Part shown: piece after piece, positions 1 through 11,422 of the stretch
Layout of the letters: every line of letters starts with the position of its first letter
How positions within the stretch are numbered: the first letter of the stretch is position 1
Assembly: GCA_964247055.1 (NCBI GenBank)
Contig: OZ176056.1
Coordinates: 3,968,001-4,032,000 of the forward strand
DNA from: Paragordius varius
Lineage: Eukaryota; Animalia; Nematomorpha
Reading direction: 5' to 3'
Length of the DNA stretch: 64,000 bases
Made by a program: the position numbers and the translations under genes
Notes under the pieces: model-generated
What the model was told of the DNA's origin: nothing
Database searches by the model: none
The model's input: only the letters and a program-made list of their open reading frames with translations

Positions 1-249
1 TAAATTAATTTTTTAACAAAAAGTAAATTTTACCCTCTAAATATCTGAAATATGAAGTTCAGGTGAATCATAATTTACCGTTTAATTTTATACAGACACC
101 ATTTTGTTTATCTGACATTAAAAGATAAACTCACGCCAGCTGTGTTAACCAAATAGCGTCTTATATCAATTAGTTATTATGCTGAATTTTGTGCCTGATA
201 GAATATTTGCGGCACCCAGTCAAAACAAAAGACTGAAAGTTATCGTTTG

Positions 250-1080
250 ATGACATATACATATGAGTACATATAAACACATGTTAAACATTTTAATATA
301 AAAATTTGTGACACTTGAAAGAATGAGGCTGGAAGACTACACAACTGCGAAGAAGCTAAACAAGAGTGATGCCTAACTCAAATCTAACTTAGCAGAAACA
401 TTAGTTGTAAACAAACAATCAGTAGATGTTAAACTAATTAAATCGTTAAAGGGTCCCAAATTTGAATGAACGTAAAAGCGAAATTTACAAAGTGACTGTG
501 AAATCCCGATTAAACGTCGTGAAAGGAAATCATTTTTGCACCGAATGATGGGGGATGAGAAATATATTTTGTAAATCCAAAGAGAAAATATTTGGCTTTC
601 ACCTTGTCAAGCCGGTCTATCAACACCAAGGCCAAAACACTTCGGCAAAAAAATTAAGCTCTGTATATGGTGGTATTGGAACAGTATTGTGTATAAAAAA
701 CTTTTGTAGACCGGTACAGTTACAACGCTATCGCCAACAAATGATTAATTTAAATACCAAAAAACGATGGGGATGGGTCTTAAATGGCAAAGTGATTTGT
801 TTCATAACAATGATATGTTTCACAAAAACACTAATGAAAGACTTATTTTTGGAAAGTTGTTTCGCATATACTCTACTTTTCTAACTCGGCACCATCTAAC
901 TTTAATCTTATCACATCAATGGGGAACACGCTTGGGGACCATTCTCTTCAATAATTTAGAAGACGTAGATAAATGCCTTCACATGCCATTACAAACGATT
1001 TGCCGCAAATGACAATCAGCTTTTCCAGCATAGCATTTATGTATTATCTGAGAGATGGGCGACATGTGGGGAAATGTAAC
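250..1080 (+). mobile_element. Degenerate mariner (Mos1-like) DD34D transposase remnant with frameshifts and stops
   Basis: Across frames: SFLHRMMGDEK (~528-560; mariner xFLHRIVTGDEKW), KLCIWWYWNSIVYKKLL (~655-706; KVMLCIWWD..VVYYELL), RYRQQMINLN and a KVI..FHNN-like segment. Ends are approximate. Confidence 0.75.
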
Positions 1081-3602
1081 AAACAATATTTTGAATAAAA
1101 TAAATAATTGATCTTCCTTCCATATTACCTATCTTACCAAAAAAACTAGTAAAGTTATGACTACACCTGGTATTTTACAATAATATCTTTATTGGGCTAT
1201 TTTAAGGATTATTTTATTTTAGGGAAACAAGTAACCTCTAATATTCTTATTTCAAGACAAATATTTTTAAAACGATTAAAGGGAAAATATCTATATTAAT
1301 TAGAAAAATGTTAATTCTATCCCGATTTTAAAAATCTCACCTAATAAGTTATAGTTGTTTATTGCAGTCATATCGAGCCATAAAGAAATAAAATATTTTT
1401 TTTTAATTTATATCTGTTAAATAATATTTATATTAATTGAGAATAATTTTGAAATATATTTTAATTTAAAGAAAATTTTTATAAAAAGGTCTGAATGCTG
1501 ATAAAATGTTTTCCCAAAAACTGGGATTTATGAACGGAAATAGTCACCGTATGCCAAAAATTTATAATTTTTGTATGCTAAAAACTTTAAAATATAACTG
1601 TTTTTGCATTGTCGAAACACTAAAACCTACGGCATAAAATTTTACCCATAATAATTTTTTTTATATTAGATATTTCTTAATTATTCTTTATCTAGCATTT
1701 TAAAATTAAAACAAAATTTATCCGTGGTTAGATCAGGATTTGATATTAGCTAAGAAGGATAAATTTTCACTTTTTAAATTCCATTATATTGAATGTTTAA
1801 ATATCAAACTTATCTGTGTAACAAAATTTTGAAAGTTTTATTTATAAGTATGATTTATGATTATGCATTTAACTCCATAGTCATTGAATTAGAGGAGTTT
1901 TTTCGGATGACAAAGTTTTAATATAACTCAATAAAAATATAAATACATAATTTATGAAGTTATAAAAAAATCTGAAAAAATGTCTTTTTTGATTATATTT
2001 TATTGATAAAATATCCATTAACTAAAACAATTTAACCATGTACACAGGTAAACATGCCATTAATTATTTTTAAAATTGTTTTTTACGTTAAAAATCTCTA
2101 AAAGGCTTAAAGCTGCCTAATCCTCAAATATTGTTATTGCGTAAAAAACAGATACAGTTAAAAATATTGATTTTTTTCCCAGAATGGTAAAAGTTAGGCA
2201 ATTTTTTTGATAAGTAATACTATGAGCAGATTTTAAAAAATCCCCATTTCAAAATTTAAAGTAAATCAAAAAATGTAATAGATACATATATATTATGTCA
2301 AAAATATCGTTTTAAATTTTATTTTATTTTTTATCCGTAAGTTATTTATGCAAATATACATCAAAGAATTGAAATATAATATTTTTTATAAAAAAACATT
2401 TTACTAAAAAATATGGACGTCGAAAGCACTTAAATATAAATAACTTTTCCGCTCAAACTTCAATATATCAGTTTAAATCTCCTGGTTAGCAAATTAGATG
2501 AAAATATTTCAAATATATGCAATTTTTATTTTATGGAAATTAATTTTATTTGATAAATTTAAATTGAATAATAAAAATTGCAAAGTATGAAAAAGGTAGA
2601 CAAAATTAAATTAAAAATGCGTCTAGAGTTTTAAAACTTAACGAGGACTTATATGTGTTCCGACCATAATTTACTCTTAAAAAATTTAAATTGCGTTTCA
2701 TATATATGAAAACAACAATATGATAGTTTATGCGTAAAGTTTTTTACAAAATATATTTAAGTTCAATTCCATTAATTAAAAATCTATCTTAATTCCTTTG
2801 TTTTAGCGTTAAATTTTAACATAATTATCGTTTTCATTATTATTGATGCACGACAGAATTATTCATGTATTGGACCTTTGAAAAACATTTTTCGGTTAAA
2901 AATAAAAGCTTAAGTTTTTAAACAAGAAGGACAACAACCTAACGAAATTTGAAAAACGGGTGGCTTAAAATTTATTTTGATTATAATATATGCAGTGCAT
3001 ATGATAATCTTGATACTTCTATATCAGATGTATGTGTATATTTGTTCAGGATATTTTTCATAGATAAAGAAATCAGCTAAAAAACTGTTCGTTAACAATT
3101 CTCGTTGCAACCTATTTTATGGGATTTTCCAAATAAATGGATAAATTTGAAATATATAATTTATACACTGCTTCAGTATTTCGAGTAAAGCGTCTTAACC
3201 AAAAATAAAATTTTTAAATAGAAATTATTTCATAAAATTTCGTCAAAATGTGTACAATTAAAATGGAAAAACAACTAAAGCTCCAGTATGGTGCTTATTT
3301 TTTGGCACGTGAAAATCGGATCGAGTAATAAATACAACGTTTAAAAACTTAAGAATTTAATAATGCAATATTTAGAGTTTTAAAACCCAATTACCGTTTG
3401 GGGTAGTTTTATTCCCCAGAGCATGCTATCTTTACCTTTTTAGGCGCATTAAATTTTTTCACAAAATGTAAAAAATCAACTGAAACTTTTACGTCGCCAT
3501 TTTTTCTTTAGATTATTATAGTAGTATGGTAAGAAATTGTATATTAATTTAAAAAGCTTTCAGGATACATTTTTTCAATAAATATTTAATATTTATTGAT
3601 AA

Positions 3603-5471
3603 CTAGCTGGCCCTGTCACGCTTAGCTGTGACGTATCACCGATAATTAATTTTTAATAATTTGCAATAAATAGAGGTAATGAAGAAAAAAAAATAATAAT
3701 ATTAAAAAAAAATGTCTTTATTATTCTTTTACGGGTTTATGCATAGGCTCAAATATTGTTTAATCGAAATTGACCACATTTAAACTGTCCCTAATTAAAT
3801 TTAATTAACTATCATTGGATTTTATTTAAGACTTTCGTTTTACGAAATCATGGTAAAAAGTTTTATTTTGAAATTGTCTTCACACAGCTGGGATCAAGGG
3901 ATATAAAAAGTAAATCATTTGTGGTCCCTTTTTAAAGGAAAGAATGATATAATACATTCCCCAAAAATGTGTTTAACTGAATTCGTATTGCTTCTTAAGT
4001 TTTTTTAAAATTCTCCAAATTCACGCCATTTTTGTATGGCGTCTCAGTTTTAATCAGTAGACCTCTACCCATAGATGTATATGGAAAAAGCGCTAAGTTA
4101 AATTCTTTGCCTTTATAGGGCAAATATTTGGAATCATCTTTGATATCATCGGCTCATTGGTGATTCGAAAAAAAGATTTCAACACTGAATAATTAAATAG
4201 CGCTAGGGCTAACGGCTAAAAAAACGCCTGATTTTTTTTACCTAGTAAAGGGTAATATTCCAAGCTTTTAATGAGTTCATATGGCTTCATAATGTAAATT
4301 ATTTCCAAAACAACGCAATTTCTATATAGTGGCACAGTTTTTGTCGGGTAGCTCCATACTCAGGGGCAGATAAAAAAACCGTTGGGCAAAAATTTTGCCT
4401 TTATATGGGGAATACTGGAATTATTATGGATTCCATATGTTCCTATTAAACTCATAAGTTTTCGAAATTCGGCTCCAAAGGCATGCTGTATCGATTGTGG
4501 TGACTTTACGCGGGTAGCCCCCTAACCAGGGGCGACAAAAAAACGCTCAATTAAAATTTTTGTAGGGTAATACCTGGAATCATGATTGATTCCATGTGCT
4601 CTAATGGAATTTGCGAAAATTATCTCAAAAACAAAAAGTCTTTTTATGGTGGCGCATTTTTCAGGGCAAGGGTTTAATTAACAACTAATTTTAAAAAACG
4701 GATCTACTTGAATTTTTGCCTTTTTACGGGTAATATTTCAAACCCTTATTGAACTTATGTGGCCCACATTAGTTTTTGGAAAAATTGATCAACTAAAGAA
4801 TCATTCTAGGGTGACGCATTTTTGGGCGTGAAGGGCATAATTAACGGCTAATTTTAAAAACCGTATGTCCTAAACTTGTTACGGGTAATATTTTAACTAC
4901 CTATTTAACTAATATAACCTGATAGATTTTTTGAAATTTAGCCCCAAAGGCACACTATTTCGATATGATGGGGTAGTTTTTAGCGGATAACTCCTTCCCC
5001 AGCAGCCAATATAAAAACGCAACATTAAAATTTTTTCCTTTTAACAGGGAATATCTGGAATCCTCATTAAATTTTTACAGTCTCCTACCCTGGGCGAAAA
5101 ATAGATTCAAAAAACTATTTTTGTGGACTGTTTTTATAAAAAAATGGCCATTTAACGGGCTGGTAAAAAAGGGCCCAAAATAAAAAAGCGAGCCGTATGT
5201 TCGGCACAATCGAAAATAAATAAAAAAATCATATTTGAAATCGAATGGATTTCCGGAAAATTGTCTCAAAGACATGATTTTTGTGAACATGTCAAAAAAC
5301 CCGTTTTTTACACGGGGTGGGCCAGAACTGGGGGCCTTATTCAAAAAAGGGCGAATATATTGTCGCATTTATTAATAATTATATTTTTTCAACATTTGGA
5401 TTTGAATGGGTCTACCGGTTTTCCGGAAACAGATCACAAAGCCACCACTTTCTATATTTATAAATATACAG
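3603..5471 (-). mobile_element. Non-autonomous Helitron-like element A with internal ~157-bp tandem array
   Basis: On the minus strand the 3' end is a hairpin (GTCAC 3615-3619 / GTGAC 3628-3632) followed by CTAG|T at 3603. Array anchors (GGG-AATA motif) at 4118, 4250, 4407, 4565, 4728, 4883, 5047. The 5200-5470 segment is shared with the copies at 45.6-45.9 kb and 56.0-56.2 kb. Confidence 0.55.
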
Positions 5472-6032
5472 TTATTGTTTCAATCGTGTTTTGGAACCAT
5501 CCAAATTTTGGACTCTTGAAATCAGAAAATTGTAATAAATACTAGTTTTTGCATCTAAACAGGCAAGGTTTAATTAAATTTTAACCAAAACAACTTTAAC
5601 AAATGTTTTACAAGTATTAGCTCTAAAACCCCCAAAATGTAAACAAAAAATCAAGAGGTAATAAAGCTTTAATGAAAAAAACATTTTTAATTTTTCCATT
5701 TCAGACATGTTAGCTAAAAAAATAATAAAAACAAAGCACTTTGAACAACTAAAAATAATAATTAAATAAATATTTCTCTTTTCAAAACGCCCAAATACAA
5801 AATTTTGTCTAATAAATTTATTTTCCGAATCCAATTGTGCATTTTAGCCGCTTTAATGAATGAACGTAGAAGTTTAAAAAGATTATAAATTATCTTAGAT
5901 AAATATTAAGTAAATCAGCTGACTGCTATAATCAGTTTTATTTATTTTCCTATATGTGATGTGGCCCCAAAGTTTTAGATAGTAAAAGTTAGAGTTTTTC
6001 TAAAAACATAATATATATATATATATATATAT

Positions 6033-6098
6033 GGGCATCAAAATCCCCACCTACCCGCGGTGATGCCCGCAATACCCCCTCGGGATACTAACGGGGAT
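6033..6098 (+). ncRNA. HDV-like self-cleaving ribozyme (predicted nested double pseudoknot)
   Basis: P1 GGGCATC 6033-6039 / GATGCCC 6062-6068; P2 ATCCCC 6043-6048 / GGGGAT 6093-6098; P3 ACC 6049-6051 / GGT 6059-6061; L3 TACCCGC; possible single-pair P1.1 C6054-G6069; short imperfect P4 6073-6087; J4/2 CTAAC with putative catalytic C6088. The strand order matches the HDV/CPEB3 topology. Confidence 0.7.
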
Positions 6099-6256
6099 GG
6101 CGGTCCGAGATGACCGAACTCTTGTAAAAGAGATTCTCTAGCTTTGTGCAGCGAAAACGCACTCTCACCTCTGAGTTTGAGGTTCAGCTATAAGGGCATA
6201 TAGTTGGTAAAAAAACCTGCCAAATTTATTTAAAACCATGGAAATATTGAACAATT
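6033..6256 (+). mobile_element. Isolated structured 5' leader, probably from an RTE-like non-LTR retrotransposon, between two (TA)n tracts
   Basis: A GC-richer 220-bp island between (TA)n at ~6010-6031 and ~6256-6281. It starts with the ribozyme fold, continues through four small hairpins, and has an ATG at 6238 shortly before the right TA tract. Confidence 0.45.
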
Positions 6257-6649
6257 ATATATATATATATATATATATATACATAAATATATTTCGTATT
6301 CGTATATAATTACATGTTGCTACATCCCACGTTGTTTTATATCGGTAAAGCCTGTTTTAAAGACAAAACTGTATAATTTTTTTTCGAATAAAACCATCAA
6401 AAAGAAAACAAGAAACGTCGCTCTTTTGACATATATTAGATCAAATTAATATTATTATTATAAACATATATTTTGTATGAAAATATAAAACTATTTTATT
6501 ATGCACGTGAGTTTTATCTAAAATAAAAAATAAGTGACCATTCACGTCACACTTTTAACTGGATTTAAAACGAAATCATAATGTAAATATTGTTTTTGAA
6601 TCTAATATTGTAAAGGTAAATGACGGATTAATAATGTTTTGTATTAACA

Positions 6650-7350
6650 TTCGTTAAATCCGTGAAATAATGATATAAACACAAAATAAACTTAAAAGTA
6701 TTTGAAAACATTTTAAACTAAAAATATGTGAAACCGTTCGTCGGAAGTAATCGCAGACTAATTTAGTGCTTGTTAGCAGTCATCAGTACGACACAACTAT
6801 TTGACAACTTTGGGTTTTCACATATCAATTTCGTATAAGGTATCCAACTTTTTATTTTGGTATAAATGTAGTCGGTTTTATAAATTTAAAATAAACTGAA
6901 AATTAAGACTAGGTTTAACCCTACCCCAATTCAAAATTAATGCTAAGAAGACATAGAATTTTGTATTTTTTCAGTTTAAAACTTATTTAGTTCAGTTTTT
7001 ATTTATCTCATTATTTCTCGGATTTTTGCTTGGATAAATTAATTTTATGAGAAATCTAAGTAGCTATACTCGAGATCTAGGGTTAAATCTAGTCTTAATT
7101 TAGTAGAAGTTTTTGATTTTTACACCAATTTCCATGATGCCAATTAAGATTAATTTAAATTCGTTTAACCGACTGCATTTTACCAAAATTGCAAAGTTGG
7201 ATACGTATATAAATTGACCCAAGTCAAATAGTTGTGTCACACTGATGACTGCTAACGAAACTAGCTTGCGATTACCATTGACGAACGGAAGTAATTTCAC
7301 TCTTTTAGTTTAGTTTACGTTTATATAATTATTTCACGGATTTAACGATT
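6650..7350. repeat. Long imperfect inverted repeat (foldback element), arms ~6650-6925 and ~7080-7350
   Basis: Arm pairs: CGTTAAATCCGTGAAATAAT with ATTATTTCACGGATTTAACG; GTTAGCAGTCATCAGT..GACACAACTATTTGAC with GTCAAATAGTTGTGTC..ACTGATGACTGCTAAC; AAAATTAAGACTAGGTTTAACCCT with AGGGTTAAATCTAGTCTTAATTT. Confidence 0.8.
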
Positions 7351-7691
7351 ATTCTTTGTTCTTAAATGTCGTCCAAAATATTTTTGTTTACACTATTTTT
7401 TAAAATAACGTCTTTTAGCCCAATTTATTTAAAAATGTCTACAATAAATATGTCCCATCGGAATAGGGACAAGGAGGTAGAGAAGTCCTAGGGAGGTTAT
7501 CATTGGGCATAAGCAACAAAAAAGCATTTTTTTTCTAAAAAAAGTAATTAAAAAATGTACCACTGATATTAATATGTATTAAATTTTAACCGTATACTAG
7601 AATTAGTTTATATAGCATTGGGTGACTTTGGTTATTCTTGCCCATATAAAAATATGTTGAATTGGCAAAAGATATCAATTTAAATATTTAT

Positions 7692-8306
7692 TCAGGTATA
7701 AATTTTTTCTAATAATGTTCCATGTATACTTAAGTGAGAATGCTCTCGATATTCTATATAATTGGGTTTAAATAAAATTTTATCTCCGGTGCTAAGATCA
7801 TTTTGGTTGTAAACATGCACATTTTCAAATTTTATGCGTTTCACTGATTCATCTATTTTTGAGTCATTTTGACTGACAAAAATTTTAATTAGAGGATTCT
7901 CGGAATGACAAATAATGGAATTATTTTTTGAATCTACACTTTGAACCTTTCCACTCATGCTCAAATCTAATTATTAGTTTGATATTATACCAGAAGATGG
8001 GATATCATAGAATATTCTATCATATTTTACTATAAAATAAAAATTATTGAAGTCTGAAAATAGTTTTGATGATGTATGAATTTTTATGTTTCCTATGGCA
8101 AGAGTGATCGAACCATTTGTAAAAGTTTTGGTAAACTTATCATCCAAGCCTTCATGCTTTTTAAGCAAATCAATAATTTTAGAATTGAAAAAAAGTTTTA
8201 TGTTCCGTTTTGGGAGATAATTAAATGGGAGAGAAAGATTTAAAATCCGGGATTCTTTGGTAAAATTATCAAGGCGTAAAAGGCCATGTGCTTCTTTAAA
8301 CCTCAT
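7692..8306 (-). CDS. POLR1F: RNA polymerase I subunit RPA43-like (Rpb7/RPA43 family, N-terminal RNP-like domain plus OB fold); exons 8306-7991 and 7966-7692
   Basis: LNLSLPFNYL..LAIGNIKI..DRIFYDIP resembles RPA43 HIALSPRYL..IAYDNIKV..DFVIFCP. GDKILFK..LSIHGTLL resembles GDELEFEV..FCIRGKL. The two track ORFs are in the same frame and are joined by removing a 24-nt GT-AG segment (7990-7967). Confidence 0.65.
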
Positions 8307-8749
8307 ATTAAAACGTCTCTAAATATGTTGTTTATTGTAATATTAAAAAAATTATAATTAGCACAAAAAAGTGAACGGCTAATTGGTTAACTAATTTTAT
8401 ATGATGTTTAAAATTTATTATATTTATAAGCTATTTTAATAGTTAATCCAAGATTTTGATCTATTTTAATTAAAAGTTGGTTAGTCCATATCATAAAATT
8501 TTTGATTTTAAACAGGATTGTCTCTAATTTGTGAAAAACATATAGACATGACTTTTATTTAAGTATCAACCCTAATATTCTTTTTTTGAGATAATCAAAA
8601 ATATACTTCATAAGAAAATGCTAAAACCTATAAATAACTTCTATTTTTAATTTTTTTTGCATAAAATAATTATATTCCATTATAATGTATCGGTAATTTT
8701 ATTCTAACGTTGTTAAACAATTGTCCATTCATTCAGCGCCATGCCCAAT

Positions 8750-9560
8750 TACCGCATACTTAAAAAGCTAATATTCTTCAGTTGTTATTATATATCGGAT
8801 CCCGGGATTTAAAGTAACGTATGACTATTCAAAACAATTAGTCTTCCGACACAACACCAAAACAAAAGTGGATAGATATGGAGATAAAAAGTGCCAAGCA
8901 AACCCATCGATGCGATAGTTAAACCTACATAGTGGAACATGAGTTACAGCTATATGGAAACGATCACCAATTTTTGCTTGAGGGGATTGTGGGTAAGGTC
9001 AAACTATGCAAAATGGTAACGACAAAAAACATTATATATTTAAACGAATTTTGTAGCCGATACGGCTACCTAAAATGATATATATCGACATGTCTGGATA
9101 TGGTACTAACTCACAAATACCTCTCAAGTCCTACTATCCCCAAAAGTTACACTTCTAAATCATGTGGTAGAATACAAATGACCGCATTTAGACAATGTAT
9201 ACCCACACGAACAACAAAAATTAGAAATTAAATATTAAAGAGTGACGGCGAGAAGGAATTCTAAACAGGATGTTTTGATTACTTTTATATGAAGTCCGAG
9301 ATGGAAGCTACGATTTGAAGATGCGCTGATTTAGGACGGTGGGAAGAAAGATAAAGCATAAAAGAAATCAAACCTCAACATAAAATATCACCACTGCAAA
9401 AAATAAGAAAAGAGGTCTAAATTAAAAATATCCGCTGCTACAAAACCCCCGATCATACCTTCCTATCTCGTAAGCTAACAGAGAATTTCCATTCAAAGAA
9501 ACAATGACACCGCCAACGGAAAGCCCTATTGAAAAACGGTACCATAAGTGAACCCGATAT
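8750..9560 (+). mobile_element. Possible highly degenerate Ty3/Gypsy integrase remnant
   Basis: Fragments in different frames: NEFCSRYGY (~9043), SYYPQ (~9128) and NHVVEY (~9158) recall F.EFC...GI.H..SPYHPQSNG.VER. There are many stops. Confidence 0.35.
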
Positions 9561-9834
9561 TAACACGATAAAAGGGAAGGGATGTACTAGAAAATACTTA
9601 TGTCGACTAAACTATAATTAGCTAAATGTTTTTTTTACTATAAAGATATACAAAATTTATTGAATGTGGACAAAAAAATTATGATTTTTTATTTTTTGCA
9701 GTAGACAAAAAAACACATTTAATTAGTAAACAAAATCATATTTATAAAATTTTTCATTTTTTAATCATTTTTATGGATGGTTATATATAAAAATGAAAGA
9801 TCAATCAATTATTGCCTATTTGAGATCATATTAA

Positions 9835-11380
9835 TTATATATAATTGCATTCCAAGGACGTTACAGGTCTTTTGCACGAGAAAGTGTCGTAATATGGTGC
9901 AAAGTTTTGTAAAGCCAAATTAGATCTATAATCACACAAAAAACATGTATAAATTATATATATAGAATTACGAGCACTATTATCCATATCTGTATTTCTA
10001 AAATGGAATTTAATTTACATGTGCCATGTATGTATGAAATTTTTCGTTGTATATGTTACACGTTTAACACTTCGATTCAAATTGGGGTATCTAAATACCC
10101 CAGACTAAGTTTTAATTGAATTTTTTAAAAAACTACTGAAGGAAACGGTCCCAATTTAAATTTATGCTTCTATCCTGATAAATATTATATAAATATACCA
10201 AAATATCTTGATAAAATTTTGTTTTGAAAAAAAAGTTCCACCTCAAACTACTTCGACGCCATTTTAATTTTACAAAAATTTTGCAAAATATCGTCTTCAT
10301 TTAATTTTAAGGGTAAAACTAAAGCTTATTTTCATATAAATTACATCTAACATTGATAGAAATAGAAAAAGCGGTTTATTTTGTATTATTTTTTAATTTT
10401 ACAATTTGACACATGTCACGTTGACTAAATTTTTACCTTTCAGTTTTAGCTCAAAATAAGTAATATGAATATTTTTGAATAAAATTTTTTATATATTTCG
10501 GTTTATTAATGTTATATAAGTGCAAAATTTTGCCATGGTTTCGATTGCCTCCATACTTTTTAAACTATTTGATTTTAAACAGGCCTGGGGTATCCAACTA
10601 CCCCAATTTGAATCGAAGGACTAAAATGAGTGTATTGTATCCAAGTGTTAATTAAACACTGTATTTTTTTCCTTATATTTTCATAAATGTAACTAATTTA
10701 ATGAAAAATCTTATAACGTGTAAAGTTAACACATTTTAGCCACTTAAAATACAGAAGTGGTGTATAACAGTTTTCGTTACTTATATAAACGATTATGCAA
10801 CTACTTATATAATTTTTTTGGAAAGTCAATATTCAATAGGGTGTTTTACAAAATAAATTAATGTTAAACCTGACTGCGAAAGACAAGTGAGTGCCAATAT
10901 TCATTAGATCTTGGAAATAGGGTTTTGTTTGTGAGCATGTATACTATCGATAAGAAATATATTTATAACAAACATTATCATAAGATGTATTGAGTCAAAA
11001 ATGAATTAGACAGACAATGCGTAAAAAACATTAAAAACAAATATTTTTTAAAAAGACAAACTACTTTTTTAAATTTTAACTCTTTTAACTAAGGATTTTC
11101 ACATAATAAGAGGTTTAAATTGCTAATATAAATCAATTATATTTTACAATTGTAATTTTATGTGGGGAACATTACGGTTAAAAAAAGATGGTTTTCTTTA
11201 TAAATTAAATATTTGTCTTTTAAGTTTTTACACTTTGTCCGCATAATTCGATGTTTTACACTGTATATCAATATATACCCGTGAATATTCCAATAAAAAT
11301 TGGCGATTTATGTTGTACAAGTCCTGTTTTTTGTATTGGATGGTTTTCAACATAGCCTACACAAATTTAGGAAAATAATT

Positions 11381-11422
<42 letters not shown>

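Noticed and set aside
4000-5100. Regularly spaced ~157-bp motif, considered as a CRISPR-like array
   Set aside because: The whole unit is a degenerate tandem repeat with no identical repeats and no unique spacers. The context is eukaryotic and there are no cas genes.
5075-5545. Track ORFs inside Helitron-like copies (also 45369-45834 and 56977-57882)
   Set aside because: Frames and stops are not conserved between the three copies, and no protein motif is recognisable.
7971-7976. TAA TAA read-through or a non-standard genetic code in the RPA43-like gene
   Set aside because: TAA is the normal terminator of the M13, RAPGEF1 and X models, and read-through would break the conserved spacing that the 24-nt intron restores.
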